Below are positions 26,905-40,311 of a stretch of 64,000 bases of DNA, piece by piece. The DNA is taken from positions 44,950,001 through 45,014,000 of the forward strand of contig NC_043005.1 of the NCBI RefSeq assembly GCF_006345805.1, read 5' to 3'. A program made the position numbers and the translations under genes. Source of the DNA: Octopus sinensis (taxonomy: Eukaryota). Within the stretch, counting starts at the first letter, position 1. The number at the start of each line of letters is the position of its first letter. The notes under the pieces were generated by a model, which had not been told where the DNA came from, did not search any database, and was given only the letters and a program-made list of their open reading frames with translations.

Positions 26905-27304
26905 CTTTTTTACTTGTTTCTGTCATTTGACTGTGGCCATGCTGGAGCACCGCCTTTAATCCAGCAAATCAACCCCAGGACTTACTCTTTGTAAGCCTAG
27001 TAATTATTCTATCGGTCTCTTTTGCTGAACAGCTAAGTTACAGGGACGTAAACACACCAGCATCGGTTGTCAAGCGATGTTGGAGGGGACAAACACAGAC
27101 ACACAAACATATACACACACATATATATAAATATATATATATATACAACGGGCTTCTTTCAGTTTCCGTCTACAAAATCCACTCACAAGGCTTTGGTTGG
27201 CCTGAGGACATAGTAGAAGACACTTGCCCAAGGTGCCACGCAGTGGGACTGAACCCAGAACCATGTGGTTGGTAAGCAAGCTACTTACCACACAGCCACT
27301 CCTA
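26905..27304 (-). mobile_element. SINE family A, full length, relatively young
   Basis: Reverse complement AGGAGTGGCTGTGTGGTAAGTAGCTTGC...GGGTTCAGTCCC (A/B boxes), a central microsatellite and the tail CAAATGACAGAAACAAGTAAAAAA; CpGs retained. Confidence 0.9.
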
Positions 27305-27769
27305 CACATAATGTACAATTTCAGTAGATAGATATGCTATCTTTTCCTTTTCTTTTATTTTTCCTAGTATAAACTAATTTTTAGGTTATATTCCAAACAG
27401 TAGTATAGTATATTGATAATTAAAGAAATTACATTTATGCTACTAAATCTCTCAAAATTCTTGATAATTTTGAAAATTGAATTAATAGGTGTAGGCATGG
27501 CTGTGTGGTAAGAAGATTGCTTCCAAACCACATTATTCCAAGTTCAATCCCAGTGTGGCACCTTGGTTTAGTGGCTTCTACTAAAGCCCTGGGCTGACCA
27601 AAGTCTTATGAGTACATTTGGTACATGGGAACTGAAGGATACCCATTGTATATTAATATTGCATGTGTGTGTGTGTATGACTGTATGTCACTCTCTCTAT
27701 ATGTGTGTATATGTATCTCTCTCTATATATATGTATGTATGTGTGTGTGTGTGTGAGTTTGGAGGGATA

Positions 27770-28285
27770 TATCATCAAGGTGGATACTGTGGTGGCTCTC
27801 AGTTATGTTCCAGATTACAGCTAACTGCATCAGTCGGTACTTAACGTCTGTGACTACTATTCATCATTCATGCTGTAAATTCCTCTGACAAGTTATTCCA
27901 TGTTTGCTTCACTGGATGATAATATTGTCTGGAGTGTATATAAGCAAAAATTATAACAATATAGAACTTGGAGATATGCCCATCCTTAAAATTTATTTCC
28001 TCTTGTTTTACAGTTTTATACAGCATATTTTTATGGTCATTACTACCTTCGAATATATACTGTATTTGATAATTTTTCTTGGTGTTGTTAGTCCTTTTCT
28101 CTTCTTGGTCATGAAAGTATGCTCGCCATCTCATGCTGTGTATGAAGGAATTGGTATAATCAATGAGATATTTTAGGCATTCCTTCTTAGGGAATAATGG
28201 AATGTCTTTTAGGGATGAGTCAATGTTGATTTTTCTCTATACTTTGGGACTCCACCTTAGTTGCTTGTTGAAAATCAAGAATTAT
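27770..28285 (-). mobile_element. Probable N-terminal fragment of a Penelope-like ORF
   Basis: KINIDSSLKDIPLFPKKECLKYLIDYTNSFIHSMRWRAYF resembles the YSxKNIP...RMRWxAxF N-terminal motif recalled from invertebrate PLE ORFs. Confidence 0.5.
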
Positions 28286-28291
28286 TATTAA

Positions 28292-28675
28292 CTAGCAGTA
28301 TCGCCCGGCGTTGCTCAGGTTTGTAAGGGAAATAACTATAAAGCATTTTTAGAGAGTTATAGCCAAAAAATAACAAAAAAATGGAAAAAAAATGATGGTA
28401 AATTTTTTTTGAGAGTTAAAAAAGGTGGAGTTGCGTCCCCTAGACGGTCTGTGGTTTGGGTTTCTGATTCTCGATCCCATGTCGAATTTATCGATCTTTT
28501 TCAGAACTGGGGGAACTTTTCAAAATTTTCGCTGCGTTAGTTTTGAATTATGACATTGGGCTATGTGTGTGTCAAGTTTCATCAGAATCGGTTGAAAGCC
28601 GTGGTCAGAGTGAGGGTACGAGAAAACAGACACACAGAAAACGCACAGACAAACTGCCGTTTATATAGAGAGAGA
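28292..28675 (-). mobile_element. Non-autonomous Helitron, subfamily 1
   Basis: Minus strand A|TC...hairpin CCTGAGCAACGCCGGG...CTAG|T; no TSD. Confidence 0.85.
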
Positions 28676-29063
28676 TGTAGGGATATATCATCCAGGTGGT
28701 TACTAGATGATAAATCCTGACGAGAAAAATACAGCATATATTTAAAGGTCATAATGACCATAAAAATATGCTGTATAAAATCCTAAAATATGAGGAAATA
28801 AATTTTGAGGATGAGCAAGTGTCTATGTTCTATATCATTATAATTTTTGCTTATATATATATGCACATTAATGTCAGACAATGAAAATGAGTGCTCAACA
28901 CCACATTGGTGAATGTAATTTCTTTATTTATGAATTAAGGCTACCATTGGTTTCATGTTAAGAAAAGTAGGAAAATATCCTAGTGTCTTGACAATTTTTC
29001 AACCCAATCACATGGAGAAAGGTGTTTGCCTCCATTTTGGAAAACACAGCCTCTCTCTCTCTC

Positions 29064-29135
<72 letters not shown>

Positions 29136-29169
29136 CATATATAATATATATATATAATATATAATATAT

Positions 29170-29460
29170 ATATCATTGTTATCAACATTTAATGTCCGTT
29201 GTCCATGCTAGCATGGGTTAGACGGTTTGATCAGTGCTGGTAAGCTGGAAGGCTGCACCAGACTCCAGTTTGATTTGACATGGTTTTCCATGACTGGATG
29301 TCCTTCCTAACGCTAACCACTCTGAGAGTGTAATGGGTGGTTTTATGTGCCACTGGCATGGGTACTATTTGCATGACACCAGAATCTGCCATGACAGTGA
29401 TTTTGCATGGCTTGATGGGTCTTCTTCTCAAGCACAATTGTTGGACAACCTGCATGTTTT
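29170..29460 (-). mobile_element. RTE 3'-end fragment
   Basis: Reverse complement matches 57500-57680 (CATGCTAGCATGGA...ACATTAAA tail). Similar short copies near 430, 16700, 20640, 36770, 37080 and 50070. Confidence 0.75.
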
Positions 29461-30146
29461 CCTATCAATAGTTTGCCGTAAGCTCCAAGTAGTATCTCTC
29501 TCCCAGTCTGTAATTATTGCTGTTAATATCTATAAAAGGCCAACACAGTTTATCTTTTATTGTGGTAAAACTTTTTGTTAAATGTTCATGGGTGTTGTTC
29601 AGTTACTTCTATACACAGCTCAAGAAACATTTTCTTACATCATCTCCACCAGTCACTACCATAGACCAATCAAAGTCCATCAAGCCATGACAGTGTAATT
29701 GATATCACTCTTAAGATTAAGATTACAGACAACTTTAAAAAATAAAAAAATATATCTTTGACATATTACTTGTCATCAAAACACAGTTGCTGACGAAGTG
29801 ACCACAGAGCCTCTCATGGGTTACTGAACCTGCTAGAAATAGCAGCCAAATTTCCTCCAAGTCAAACCCTACTGTTTTAAAAACAGGAGACATTGGCCAA
29901 TATAGTTCCTATAAAAACTTAAACTTCTCCAAGACAAATTTTGCCTTTCATCCTTTTGGTGTTGATACAATAAGTACCAGTTGAGCATTGGAGGTGGGGG
30001 TGATGTAATTAATTTAATTCATCCCTAGAAATTGCTGGCCTTGTGCCAAAATTTGAAACCAATGTGGTTCCTATAAATATGAATATACAGGGTGTTCATG
30101 GCTGAGAACTCTTCATTTGTAGGTTTGTTTGATCAGAGTTCTCATG

Positions 30147-30416
30147 GGGCTGAATAGGTAAAGTTAAAGTTACCTTCTCAAGTCATGCTGATTCATAAGG
30201 GCTGGTTTCCCGGTTTCCATGACATAAATATTCCCCACCTGGATGGGACACAGCTCCATCACAGAATTACTCGTTTTTATCAGCTAAGTGGATTGGAGTA
30301 ACATAAAATGAAGTGTTTGACTCAAGAATACAATGTGTCACCTGGTCCAAGAATCAAAACCAGAATCTTACGATCGTGAGTCCAACACCCTAACCACTAA
30401 GCCATGTGCCTCCACA
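30147..30416 (-). mobile_element. SINE family C
   Basis: Colinear with 53727-53972 and the reverse complement of 49822-50070. Confidence 0.85.
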
Positions 30417-31097
30417 TGGGGCTAAATAGTGACAACAGCAATATCAGTTATTGAGAAATGTAGTTCTAAATCCAGATGAATGGTTCATAATATACCACCA
30501 AGGATTTCATGTATGTACAGTAAACTTTGACACTCTTAACATTTGTTGCAAGGCCAAACGTTCAGTGTTGGCAAGTGTGTTTGTAAGTATCATCTCATAC
30601 ATTCCCTTAAAATAAGTTTGATCCTGTAGCAAGACCATTTTCTATTATTGCATATTGAAAACATTTAAGTTGGCTTATCACATTAATCTGTAGTGATTGG
30701 TTAACATACCTATCATATGAGTTGTTGGACATCTGTTGAGTCCTGTGTTGTGATTGGTTGAGGGTTGTGCAGGAATTGGATCAAAGGTCCAATTATGTGT
30801 TCTAGAGCTTCCTTTTTACTATAAATTGGTGTGACAACTTATTTCTGAGTCAGAGGAGTGAAACGTTTTTTTTTCAAGGCAAGTAATGCTGATCCTGCCA
30901 TTTTCAGAGGAAGATTATCATATAACATAGTCCATATAACCAATGTCAACCCAGGCTGAATTATCAAAACGATGGATGAACAACAACCAACAGTATTAGT
31001 AATATTTCTTGTTTGATACAACTTTACAAATTAATAAAGTCCTGCTGTTATTTTAAAGATGGCTTCTTTTGTTACTTCTATGAATGAACATGCAAAA

Positions 31098-31496
31098 TCT
31101 TTATATATAAAAGAGAGGTTGTGTGCTGTCTGTCTCCTACGATTTAGATTCCTAACTACTCCCACATTTTGCGGTGCAGTTTAACCAAAACCGGGTATCT
31201 TATAGTCGTGATTCATATCAAGCCCTTCTGGGTATTAGCGCGCATCTACGATGAGTCTACGATTTAAAAAAAAAATTACCATCAATTTTTCCCATTTTTT
31301 AATGCATTTTTGGCATATATAAGGGAAGTAACTCTCTAAAAATTTATTATTAAATCTCAGAACGTAAAAAGCTACAGTAACACCCCCCCCCCTTGTGGTT
31401 AGCCATATTGAGATGGCTATTATACTTTACATCTCTAAAAATGCTTATATAGTTATTTCCCTTACAAACCCGAGCAACGCCGGGCGATACTGCTAG
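31098..31496 (+). mobile_element. Non-autonomous Helitron, subfamily 2
   Basis: A|TC at 31097/98, hairpin CCCGAGCAACGCCGGG at 31469-31484, CTAG|T at 31493-31497. Confidence 0.88.
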
Positions 31497-32072
31497 TATA
31501 TTATACAATGATATACATGATTCTTTAACCAAACCAAGGGAGACTTTAAACCAACAGTAGAACAACTAATACCACATTGAACCAGCAAGTTTCTATTTAT
31601 CTCAACTTCAACTATGAGAAGACTGGGATTGGGTTAATAATATTCTGTAGACTATAAAATACACATGTTAATTAGTTAATTTAGATGTTATATAAGAAAG
31701 TGTAGATCAACTTTTCACCAATTCTTTATATGACCAGCTTTTGCAGACAGTCATGTTGCAGCAGAGCCAGTCATTGAAATGTTGCATTCTTCATTCATTG
31801 AAGTTTTCTCACTTCTCTACATGACTAAATTTTCTGTCACGTTACAAAAGGGTTAGTTAGTCATTTGCATATTACATTCTACATTTCTACTCAGTTTTCA
31901 GTGTTTAAAACTGTTGTTACAAGTCTGTTATAAATACAGACTATAGCATCATGTGTGGCTAACCACAGAGCATTAATTAACTTTCTTTGACAGATGTCAC
32001 ATCACCACTTTTTTCCAGGGACCATCAAGCTGTAAATGCCTCGTTTTTATTGGAAGAACAACATGAGTTATT

Positions 32073-32080
32073 CTAGAAAC

Positions 32081-32158
<78 letters not shown>

Positions 32159-32200
32159 TTATCTATCAATCCATCCATCCATCCATCCATCCATCCATCC

Positions 32201-32236
<36 letters not shown>

Positions 32237-32265
32237 GTCTGTCTATCTATCTATCTATCTATTTT

Positions 32266-32303
<38 letters not shown>

Positions 32304-32384
32304 ATCTATCTATCTATCTATTCTATCTATCTATTTATCTATCTATTTATCTATCAATCCATCCATCCATCCATCCATCCATCC

Positions 32385-32420
<36 letters not shown>

Positions 32421-32453
32421 GTCTGTCTATCTATCTATCTATCTATCTATTTT

Positions 32454-32523
<70 letters not shown>

Positions 32524-32526
32524 ATC

Positions 32527-32560
<34 letters not shown>

Positions 32561-32596
32561 TCATCATGGTGGTGGTGGTGGTGACAATGGTGATGG

Positions 32597-32627
<31 letters not shown>

Positions 32628-32705
32628 AATGATGATGACGATGACGATGATGATGGCAATGATGGTGATGATGATGATGACGACGACAATGATGATGATC
32701 ATGAT
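32073..32705. repeat. (ATCT)/(ATCC) array followed by (CAT)/(GGT)/(GAT) repeats
   Basis: Read directly. Confidence 0.95.
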
Positions 32706-35700
32706 GGCTGTTTTGTCAGGAATTAAGCACCATAGTCAATTACATACAACAGTGAGACCACTTTGGACACAGTTGCCATGCTTTAGCCCATATTGTTTTG
32801 TGATGTCATTACTTTATTGTCTGGTCAATGCAACAATAAATGCTATTTTTGTTAAGGTCCCTCTTCTAGCTAATTAAAAACAACCAAATGTGATATTGGT
32901 TTGAAATAATCGCACTTAATCCCATGCTTTTATTTCTGAAATTCTATTAAAGTGAAAGAGATGAGAATAATGACAAGGATAATGAGGACAATGAGAATGA
33001 TGATGTTGATGATGGTGATAAAGACAGTGACTGCAGTGGTGATGGTATCAACAACAACAACAACAACAACAACAAAGGTGATGGCAATAACAGCAATGAC
33101 AACAACAATAACTCTAGGGATGAAATGTATTGATTTCGAATTTTGGCACAAGGCCAGCAATTTTGGTGGGAGGGGTCAACTCGATTAGATTGTCCCCAGT
33201 GCTCAACTGGTACTTATTTTATTGACTCCGAAAGAATGAAAGGTGAAGTCAATCTCAGCAGAATAAACAGAATTAATATTATAGAGTCCACCCATGACTG
33301 TTTCCTTCATACTTTTGGTGAAAATATGTATTCAGAAAAATTGTGTAATATATCCTTTGTTTACCAAGAAAGTAAGGTGTTATTTGAGTGAGATTTGACA
33401 ACTATTTCCAGCATGCTATGTGACTGCATAAAGACTCCCTTCTATATTAAGGCCAAAAATATTATCTTTACTAATGAAAACAATAAAGCTTATTTTACAA
33501 AGCAAGTTGGCTTCATCATACCAAATGTAATTTATTGGTTCTGTTAAGGAATAGTGTTGATAATACATTCAATTAAGAATTTTTAAGTAATTAACATTTT
33601 TTGCTGGAAACCAGTACAGCTGAGCACAGATCTTTTCTTCCTAGACTAAGCAATATAATCTGTGCAAGAGAAACATTTGAATCAATTTTCATAACAGCAG
33701 GTAGATGTGAAATTTCACTTTATTTACAAGTCAACAAACCCATCAACCACACGTAGTAGAAAAATATAATCTCCACTAAAAGATTGGAAACATACCCAAC
33801 TTGCTACGGATGTTTGTTTTCAAAGAAAATAATAATTAACATAAAGATGAAAATATGACCTTTATTTCCAGCAGGGCTATAATTTCTAATTAGAATATTA
33901 CTGTATGTCAATGGCCTCTCACATCCTGTTAATTTATTTTCCACCAAATATATCCTCACTGCTACAAGGATGTTTCTCCTGCTGTTTAAGCATATCTACA
34001 TAGTACTATCCTATCCTGTAGCAAAAATAATTCTGATAATACAACTACTTCAATCATATATTTTCACCCAGATTAAAACCATCATGGATATTCATGTTAA
34101 ACTATCAACAATACTACCTACAAAAGCAACATTATCATTTTTGCTGTTAATATTGTTGTTTATGTCATTTGAGGAATAACTAAAAACATCCATCAGAAAA
34201 CTTGTCTAATAAAACAAATCAAAGACACATGATGAAAAGTGCTTTATAAAAATTAATTTTAGTATGAAGAGATTTAATAAAAGCATTTTCTACAGAAGAA
34301 TAATTATGGGCATAGTCAAAGAGATGAGAAATATTCCAAAAATATTTTTTCAAGTTTGAATTAATGAAAATTTTCTATAAGTTTCTATATAGTCCATCCT
34401 TTCTATATATTAATCATATAAAACCTGTTTGTCAGTGTTAAATTGATTAGTTCTAATATTGCAAAGAAAGCAAGCAAGCACTGAAAAACCTTCATGCAAT
34501 TTCTCATAGTTTTCAAAGCAACAGAAAATGGCAATTTCTTTTGCTTGTCTTTTGCTTTTTTTTTTTAACATTATATTGACTTTTCTGAAGTCAACTAAAT
34601 ATGGTATTGATAAAAGAACATCTTTTCAAAGACATGCAAAAATCTTTTTCCTTTAAATTTCTCCTGTTCAAAGAGAAAGGTAATGATAAGGAAAAACTTT
34701 TTTTTTTATTTGTACTTTTGGTGGTGCAAAGGATTTTATGAATGAGGTTCATAGACAATTGCAAATATTGGTTCCCTAAACAGCAAAGTAAGGGGGTTTG
34801 TAAAAGATTAATAATAAAACTATATTTTCTTTCAAGTTTTACTTATTTTTTATGAATTCTATAAATATTTGAAATTCTCTTTTGAGATTTCATTCGTTGC
34901 TTGAATGGTTATTATTAACTGCTGTATTTAGAGAAATCTTAAATTTTTTGGATTATGCCAAGACAAATATTACTACCACTTTAAGAGATTTTTCTTTAGA
35001 CAAATAATTAAACCTAACCACTTTTTTTTCCATTTAATTAATACAAATATTGTGCTTTCTGTCATTTTAACTTTACTGACTCAAATATTAACTTTGAATA
35101 ACACAATTTAATTCTTGGGCTGCAAAGTAAATATATTTTTGATAAACCACAGACAGAAGTAATATTTAAAAGAATCTTAACAAATTGAAGAAAGCTACTT
35201 TTAACTGTGCTATCTTAAGGACAAATTATATAGAGTATTGTATGCAGCACATTTCATTGAAGAATTCATCAAAGAAAGTTGTCTCAACAATTATAAAATG
35301 GAAAACAAATGGTTTCTTCACCAGACTGAATATTGACATGGCTAAATTGTGAGGAATTTTATTTTGCAACTACATCATTCCAGACAGGATTTCATTATGT
35401 GGCACACTGGCCAAGTAAGTGTCTTCTAGCATAGCTTTGGGTCAAACAGTGTCTCATGAATAGAATTTGGTCAAAGGAAATTGCATATATGTGGTGTGTG
35501 TGTGTGTTTGTGTGAGTGTATGTGTGTGTGCATTTATATTTTATAATATACATGTAGGAAGGACTGAGATGATTGGTGTTTTGCTGTTCTCTCCAAAAGA
35601 CCACTCCATTACAGCAAAAATGATTTCCTAACACCAGTCATGCTTGTATGCCTGAGGCCCTGTCTCCCCTCCTCTCTCTCCTCTTTCTGATACATCATAT

Positions 35701-38264
35701 ATTCCACCACCACTATCACACATTTGTCCATAGTCTATGGTACTACCCTATGCTATGCAGCTGCTGTACCTATCTGAAAGCAATGTGCACCCATATTACA
35801 TCCCCTCCCAAAAGATCTCTTTCACCCCTTGTAACCGTTTCCATTCCTCATCATCCCTGTCTACACAAATTTCAGCCAATCATCTCCTTTCTATGGCTTC
35901 AGCCACTACTCTTTCTCCCTTCTGTTATACTCCATTCTAAACACCCTCTCTTATCTATCATACTCAATGCCTTTTTATATTTACCATCATGACCCACACC
36001 TACTTATAGCCCCTAATGTATCCCCATATCTCCCTCTCCACTGATTCTACTATTATAAAAGCATCATCCACCATGACTCACTGTCTGTACCCTTTTTTAT
36101 GCTCATCTTCTTGTTCCTTGAGAGTTTACCCTGATACAGGATCACTCATATCCAGTAAGTTCACCATCGATTCACTGCAGGTAAATTCACCATCATCTAT
36201 TCAAACATGATTTTGAATAACGTAAATTTGAATTTTGTGTTGATTTATGTTGTAAAGAAGTGTGAATTAAAATTTAAGCTTATTTTTCTTCATATTTAGT
36301 ACATACTGTGTTTTAACCCAAAAGATAACATCTCTGATTGCACGTTTTCCTCTCCATTACTTTCGTATTTTCTCAATAAAATAGTTTCTAATTATTAATG
36401 GGAATATACAATGGATATATTTTCTCAGTAAATTTTTCTCACAGTGAACTTGCATCATGATAAAGAAAATTCCCCATGAATTGATAGCAGTGAACTCTCC
36501 TGCAATGAATTGATAGCAGTGAACTAACCTGTAACTCTGATCACTACCTTCCTCTTATCTCCTGCAGTCATGTATCTCCTTCATACAAGACACCTGGTCT
36601 TGACCTTCTATTTTACTTTAGCCTTTCAACACATTGCATCCAGCCATCTACTTTCACTTTCTCCTCGCAAATACTTCCTCTTAAGAGTGGGAACTTTTTC
36701 TATTTTCTTTTCCTCTGTTGTTTTCTGTGTTGCAGATTACATGTCAACCTCATTATGCCAGTGGCACAAAAAAAATGCACCCAGTATACTCTGTGAAGTG
36801 GTTGGCATTAAAGAAGGGCATCCAACTGTAGAAACCAAGCCAATGCTGACACTGGAACTTAATACAGCACTGCAGTGTGTCACGTCCCTATCAAGCCATC
36901 TTATCTATGCTAGTATGGAAGGCAAATGTTAAATGATGATAATGATGATGATGTAGGAAGGGTACCCAACAATAGAAACATACCATAACAGACATTGGAG
37001 CATGAAATAGTTTTTCAAAATGTTCAGGTCCTATCAAACCATCCAACTTATGGAGAGCAGATATTAATTCATCATCATCATCAACAATACTTAACGTCCG
37101 TTTTCTATGCTGACACAAGTTGGACAGCTTGACAGGAACTGGCAAGGTCAAGGGCTGCGACAAATTTCCCAGTCTATTTTGACTTGATTTCTATGGCTAG
37201 ATCCCCTTCTTAATGCCAACCACTTTACAAAGTATACTGGGTACTTTGTTATGTGGTACCATCACCAATGCTTTTTATGTGGCACCTTTGCCAATGCTTT
37301 TTATGTGGCACCATCACCAGTGCTTTTTATGTGACACCAGCACCCGCATTAATGCTTTTTACATGGCACATTGGTTTTAGGATCCCAGTTCCTTGATGGT
37401 GAACAGATCTTCTTAAGTACAGCAATGCACCACATATCTCTGTCTTCTGTCACCTCCTTTATAAGGTTCAGCATTTTGCAATTGGCCTTCAATACTTCAT
37501 CCCATGTCTTCTTGAGTTACCCTGTGTTGTGCTGTTCTCAGAACATTGGAATATTACATAAAATCAGGAAACCGAAATGTTTAAGTAAAGCTGAAAATAA
37601 CAATGAAGAATGACTTATTCTTAATTTTTACTCCAATATACTTAAATCAAATGGTCAGTCATTGAAATATTTGGACCTTGAGATAATCTTAATTTTAAAG
37701 AATTCTGTTCCAAAGAAAAAGTATACTAAAATGGAAATTTTCCTTAAGTTTGCTCATTTGCTTGCAACTAATACAATGCCATACCAATTTATAGTTAATA
37801 TAAAACAATAGTCAGTGAGATAATTAAATTGATCACCTCTTTCTAATTTCATTGTTGTTTGTTATCTGATTTGAATATAATTTGAACATAATTTTCTTTC
37901 TCTCTATAAATATGAGTCAGAATGTCCAAAATTATTTACTCAAATGGCTGTGCAAAAAATTGTAAGAAATTTGCAACTAAAAAGACTTTAACTCAATTTG
38001 TTTATTGTTTATCTTTGTAATCTTTTTACTTGTTTCAGTCATTAGACTGTGGCCATGCTGGGGCACTACCTTGAATTTTTAGTTGAATGAATTGACCCCA
38101 GTACTTACTTTTTTTTTATGCCTGATACTTATTCTATTGGATGCTTTTGCCAAACTGCTTCGTTACTGGGATGTAAACACACCAACACAGGTTGTCAAGT
38201 GGTGGTGGGTAACAAACACAGGCACAAAGACGAAAACACACATACATATATATACATATACATA

Positions 38265-38700
38265 CAGTATCTCACGGAACTATGTACACCCCTAAAAAAT
38301 TTCAGTAAAATTGCCATTTCTTTGATAATATTGAAGGAAATCAAACGAAGTTTATACTGAATAAAATATGTTATACGTGCAAACATTATACAAATTTGAA
38401 ACACAAAACAATAAACATTTTCGAAGATATAAATGAAATATTAATTTTCAAATGATACGAAAATATGTACACCCTAAAGGATTATTTACTATATTCAAAA
38501 TTTGGTGTGACCACCCTTGCTTTCAATGATTGCATTAAGTCTACTGAGCATAGAGTCAACTAAACTTCCAGATATAACTGATGAAATTGGCCTCCATTCA
38601 TCCTGGATGATGTCTTTCAACTTTTTTAAACGGTCCCAGAATCAGTGCTTTTTATTGGTCACCCGCATGGATACCTTTTACATGATGTCAACGGCAGTAA
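38265..38700. mobile_element. One IR/DR arm of a Tc1-like element inserted in the microsatellite of a SINE-A (38015-38262)
   Basis: TA|CAGTATCTCAC...; direct repeat TATGTACACCC at 38281 and 38464. No second arm found; right boundary approximate. Confidence 0.6.
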
Positions 38701-39640
38701 AAAATAAAGCAAGCTAAGAGTGGGCCTTGCAGTATAGCTACTACTATTTGTCTGGCAACAATTTAATTTGGACATGATTATATGAAGACATTTAAATTTA
38801 TTGCAGCCTTTATTAACTTTATTGCTGACAAAATCTTCATGACACACATTTGTTTATTCACTCATAACATATCATGTAAACAGAAACATTCTTCTTACAC
38901 ATTCACTCAACTATAATAATTTGAAAGGGCAAATGTTTAAAACTAAATCTAACACCATGTGTTTAGTGTCTAAGAACCCTCTTTCAAAATGAAATAGCAA
39001 AGAGTACATTTTCACATGGCTGCAGTCAAATGACTGAAACAAATAAAAGAGTAAAAGAATAAAAGAGGTGTTAATCAAATGTCCCAGTGTGAAGGAAGGA
39101 AAGTAAATATATGCTCTTCACAGTTACACTTCAAGAGAGGCTTTTAGAATGAAATTCAGAGAGTTGCAGATTAGCATGTGGCAACAGATTTAGTTTTACT
39201 TATTTACACTTTTATATTATTGTAGTTGAAGGACTGAGAGAATGTATACATATTTAAAGCATGTTTCAATTAAATAAAAATAAACATGTGAAGTGAAGGC
39301 TTAACACCAGCAGTTTTATGAAAATGTACTCTGAATTATTATTATTTGACTTCTGTTAATCTACTAAAACAAATAACCTGAAACAGAAGCCAAGAGTAAG
39401 AAGAAAATTGATGGCATATCTAGTTATAATCCTTTACATTCAAATTGCACTAAGGTTAGCTTTGTCTTTCTTCCATTTAGAAGTTGATAAAATAAAGTGC
39501 TAGTCCAGTAATGAAGGATATTTAATGGACTGTACCCGGCCCCCAAATTTGTAACCTTATGCTATTGTTAGAAATCAATGCTATAGACATGGCATTTCTA
39601 TAGAAAGTTCTCTGGAGTGAAAGCAGAGAGTTTCAGCTCA

Positions 39641-40059
39641 TTTTACTCTTTTACTTGTTTCAGTCATTTGACTGTGACCATGCTGGAGCACCGCCTTCAT
39701 TCGAGCAAATCGACTCCAGGACTTATTCTTTGTAAGCCTAGTACTTATTCTATCAGTCTCTTTTGCTGAACTGCTAAGTTACAGGGATGTAAACACATCA
39801 GCATCAGTTGTCAAGCAATGTTGGGGGGGACAAGGGGACAAACACAGACACACAAACATATACACACACATACATACATATATATACATATATACGACGG
39901 GCTTCTTTCAGTTTCCATTTACCAAATCCACTCACAAGGCTTTGGTTGGCCCAAGGCTATAGTAGAAGACACTCGCCCAAGGTGCCAAGCAGTGGGACTG
40001 AGCCTGGAACCATGTGGTTCATAAGCAAGCTACTTACCACACAGCCACTCCTATACCTA
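39641..40059 (-). mobile_element. SINE family A, full length
   Basis: Colinear with 26905-27304. Confidence 0.9.
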
Positions 40060-40311
40060 TGTATTGTTTTTAAATAAGAAGTATGTGATGTATGATTTTT
40101 TGGGGGGTGTTTTTCTGTTATCTTTGTAGTGATCATATCCTTAATACAGGATGCTTCTTTGAAGATTTTTGTTTTAATAGATAGTAAATATTTCTTGGTC
40201 ACGTGTAGATGAAACTAATATGCAGAAACAGGAAGGGTACAGTACAAACAAGAAGATATTTTTTCGAACACAAAATTCTTTTGAACAGCAGATATACTGG
40301 GTAAATTCTCC

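Noticed and set aside
30700-31021. ~100-codon minus-strand frame with one stop
   Set aside because: No family similarity recognised; could be chance in AT-moderate sequence.
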